The position numbers were made by a program, and so were the translations under genes. A DNA stretch of 23,068 bases, filler included, from Peribolospora baueri (Eukaryota): assembly GCA_029717555.1 (NCBI GenBank). It is 19 parts of 19 records of this genome, joined end to end, with 100 filler letters (N's around TTAATTAATTAA, not from the genome) between each part and the next. Parts side by side here need not be neighbours in the genome. Positions count along the whole stretch, not along the records: positions 20,928 to 21,954 come from JAMDHS010000277.1; positions 22,055 to 23,068 come from JAMDHS010000278.1; 17 more parts are not named here. One strand, given 5' to 3'. The notes below the pieces were generated by a model that saw nothing but the letters and a program-made list of their open reading frames with translations, was not told the origin of the DNA and searched no databases. Positions 20,828-23,068 of this stretch are shown here, piece by piece; positions within the stretch are counted from its first letter, which is position 1, and each line of letters opens with the position of its first letter.

Positions 20828-20927
20828 NNNNNNNNNNNNNNNNNNNNNNNNNNNNNNNNNNNNNNNNNNNNTTAATTAATTAANNNNNNNNNNNNNNNNN
20901 NNNNNNNNNNNNNNNNNNNNNNNNNNN

Positions 20928-21954
20928 TCCTTGCCAAAGTCGAGAGTACGACGCTCCATGTCGTAGCCAACGTCCGTGAGGCCCTTCTGGATGTCATCAA
21001 CGACAGAGGGCGCAGCGACGACGACGGCGACAGAAGTGACGGGCTCGAAGAGGGGCAGAAGGTAGGTCCGGAGGACACGTAGGATGTCGGCGTGGCTCAC
21101 GTTCTGGTGCGGAGGAAGATGAGGCAAGAGAGAAATGGGACGTTCAGGACACCTCTGTCCAAGGCCCGATTCCTGAAACCTATCGAATTCACCTTGATCT
21201 CTTCGAGAACCTGCCTCCCGTTCTCAGCGGGTAGCTCAAACAAGGCCTGGTTGACAAAACTCCTGGCTGCAGCGCCGCCGACGGTGCTCTCAGTCCTGGC
21301 AATGTCGTAATGCAAGCTGCTCTTGGCGCTCTCGATGCTCGTCTCATCGATCTCCATCTCCCCGCTTGCCAGATCTTTCATGAGCTTTTGCGCTTCCGAG
21401 AAGGCGGCATACGCGTTGGGGGAGCGATATAGTTCGAAGTGGATGTGAGCCGACTCGGGCTTGAGTTGGATCCAGGCGCCGTAGGCAAGGCCAGCACTGT
21501 GGGGACAGACAAGCGGGACATTCGAGTCAGGTCCCTCCCGTACGTCCATCTCTCATTCCTCATCAGGGTCACGGATGACGACACTCACCCGCGGATGAAA
21601 CGCCAGAGACAGCTCTCCATGGCGTTCAGAATGGCGATAGCCGTCTTCAAGGGCGCATAGTCAGGATGCGTAAAGCTGTCAATGCCTTTGGCGGTGAAGA
21701 CGGCAAAGGACGACTCGATGGTGGGCAAAGAGCAGATCACACCCTGATCGTGTCGATAAACGAAGGTGAAAGCTCTCGTAAGAAAAGGCCAATTTGTCGT
21801 CCGCCTACGCTTCGCTCACCTTCTTCGCTGGCCCCCGGCCGAGCTCGCTAAGCGTGCCCTTGGCCCAAGGCACTTTGGCCAACTCGCTCTTCTGCAGCTC
21901 GACGAAGTGGTTCCTCCAAGGTCCCCTCGGCTTGTCCAAGCTGAACACGTCGCC
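20928..21954 (-). CDS. C-terminal exons of an M16 (insulinase family, M16C/YOL098C-like) zinc metallopeptidase
   Basis: Spliced frame GDVFSLDKPRGPW...GVICSLPTIESSF...ILNAMESCLWRFIRG|AGLAYGAWIQL...FELYRSPNAYAAF. IRGxGLAYG and YRxP are M16 C-domain hallmarks. Confidence 0.85.
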
Positions 21955-22054
21955 NNNNNNNNNNNNNNNNNNNNNNNNNNNNNNNNNNNNNNNNNNNNTT
22001 AATTAATTAANNNNNNNNNNNNNNNNNNNNNNNNNNNNNNNNNNNNNNNNNNNN

Positions 22055-22106
22055 AGCTCCTTTGTCCGAGCCTATGAGCACGGGTTCTGAGCGGAGGTTT
22101 GTGACG
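22055..22106 (-). mobile_element. 5' end of an LTR of the same family as 10034-10105
   Basis: Reverse complement CGTCACAAACCTCCGCTCAGAACCCGTGCTCATAGGCTCGGACAAAGGAGCT aligns with the LTR start at 10034, without the tandem duplication and with a few substitutions. Confidence 0.85.
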
Positions 22107-22443
22107 AACATTGGAATTGCCGAGGACGGCCGAGGGCGGCCAGCAATGTATTGGTGACTAGCACGTGACGGGATTGCCAGTAACCGCCGGTTGTGTCCGG
22201 CAATGACCGACTCTATGCTGTGGCTTTGCACAGCCACTCTCTTTCCTCACCTTTGGTACATGAACCCCAATGTAGATTGACACAATCAAGTCGAACATCA
22301 TCACTGTATATACGTCTTAGCTAACTGTGTGTGTGGGCAACAGTGGACGTCGCTGTCGCTTTAAGGCGCCGCGAGGAGCACCGCAGTCGTATTCTCGCTC
22401 CTGTCGCACGACCAAAAAAGACTCTTGGAAACGCTTTCCCACC

Positions 22444-23068
22444 ATGACCACCACCACCACCACCGCCACGTCGTCCGAACCCACTCAGCCGCTCGTCCTT
22501 CTCATCTCAAACCATGTCCGCGTCGCCGGCGGGAACGTCGACGGCCAAGTCGTCCTCAACCTCGCCCTCGCACAGGAACAGGGCATCGAAGCTGTCCGGG
22601 TCAAGCTTCGAGGTTCGATCCAAACGTGGGTTCGCGCCGTCGGCGTCGACGCGCAACCCCCCCCCCCCCGAGACAAGGGCTGATTCGCTGAGCCCCGAAC
22701 GCTCGCTCGCCTCCCCGCCTCCCGTTTCGCAGCCGGATCTCAAAGCACAACGGCCAGCATAGGACGGTGTATCGCGAAACCAAGGAACTCGTGCGCGATG
22801 ACGCCGCGCTCTGGTACAAGGGCTCCGCGTTTCCGCCGCCTGGAGAGCACGAGCTTCGCCTGCCGTTCAGCTTCCGGCTTCCCAACGGCCTTCCCCCCTC
22901 CTTCTTCTGCCGCTACAGGAACAAGCGTGGCCGGGTAGGGTACTTGGTCGAGGTCGTGGGCGAGCGACCGGGCATCTTCAAATCGGCAAGGCGCATACGT
23001 CGCGTCCTCGCCGTCGTTCCGGCAGCGAGCGTGGCGGCTGTCGAAGCTCGGTCGACCCTCATGGCCGT
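22444..23068 (+). CDS. Arrestin-like N-domain protein, 5' part
   Basis: Exon 22444-22625, intron 22626-22732, exon 22733 to the window end: VRVAGGNVDGQVVLN...VRVKLRGSIQT...LPFSFRLPNGLPPSF...GRVGYLVEVVGERPGIF. The PF.F.LP..LPPSF motif is typical of arrestin_N folds. Confidence 0.8.

Overview
This window is not one locus. It holds 19 short contigs (about 1.0-1.2 kb), ordered by decreasing length and joined by an artificial 100-bp linker (N44-TTAATTAATTAA-N44), so neighbourhood across linkers has no biological meaning. The DNA is fungal: GT..AG spliceosomal introns with CTRAY-like branch points, and an 18S rRNA 5' end of basidiomycete (Agaricomycotina-like) type. Gene fragments include an aldo-keto reductase, a Vam7-type SNARE, an Rsa1/NUFIP1-like gene, an M16 metallopeptidase split over two contigs, a HET-E-like WD40 (NLR-type) gene, a cytochrome P450 with a 7-nt microexon, an arrestin-N protein and a secreted Gly-rich protein. 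Also present are an intron-containing tRNA-Leu(AAG), a chromovirus-type Ty3/Gypsy remnant with a second copy of its LTR end, a deleted 18S rDNA copy, two diverged copies of one unknown gene, and three near-pure C/T contigs. Exact 127-bp overlaps mark these as de Bruijn graph leftovers (k=127), probably from a heterozygous, hybrid or repeat-rich genome. I see no convincing multi-gene novel system. The best leads are a possible structured, pseudoknotted RNA at 4840-5080, the intact versus frameshifted copy pair of the unknown gene, the frameshifted WD40 receptor and the deleted rDNA copy. All coordinates and counts were worked out by hand.
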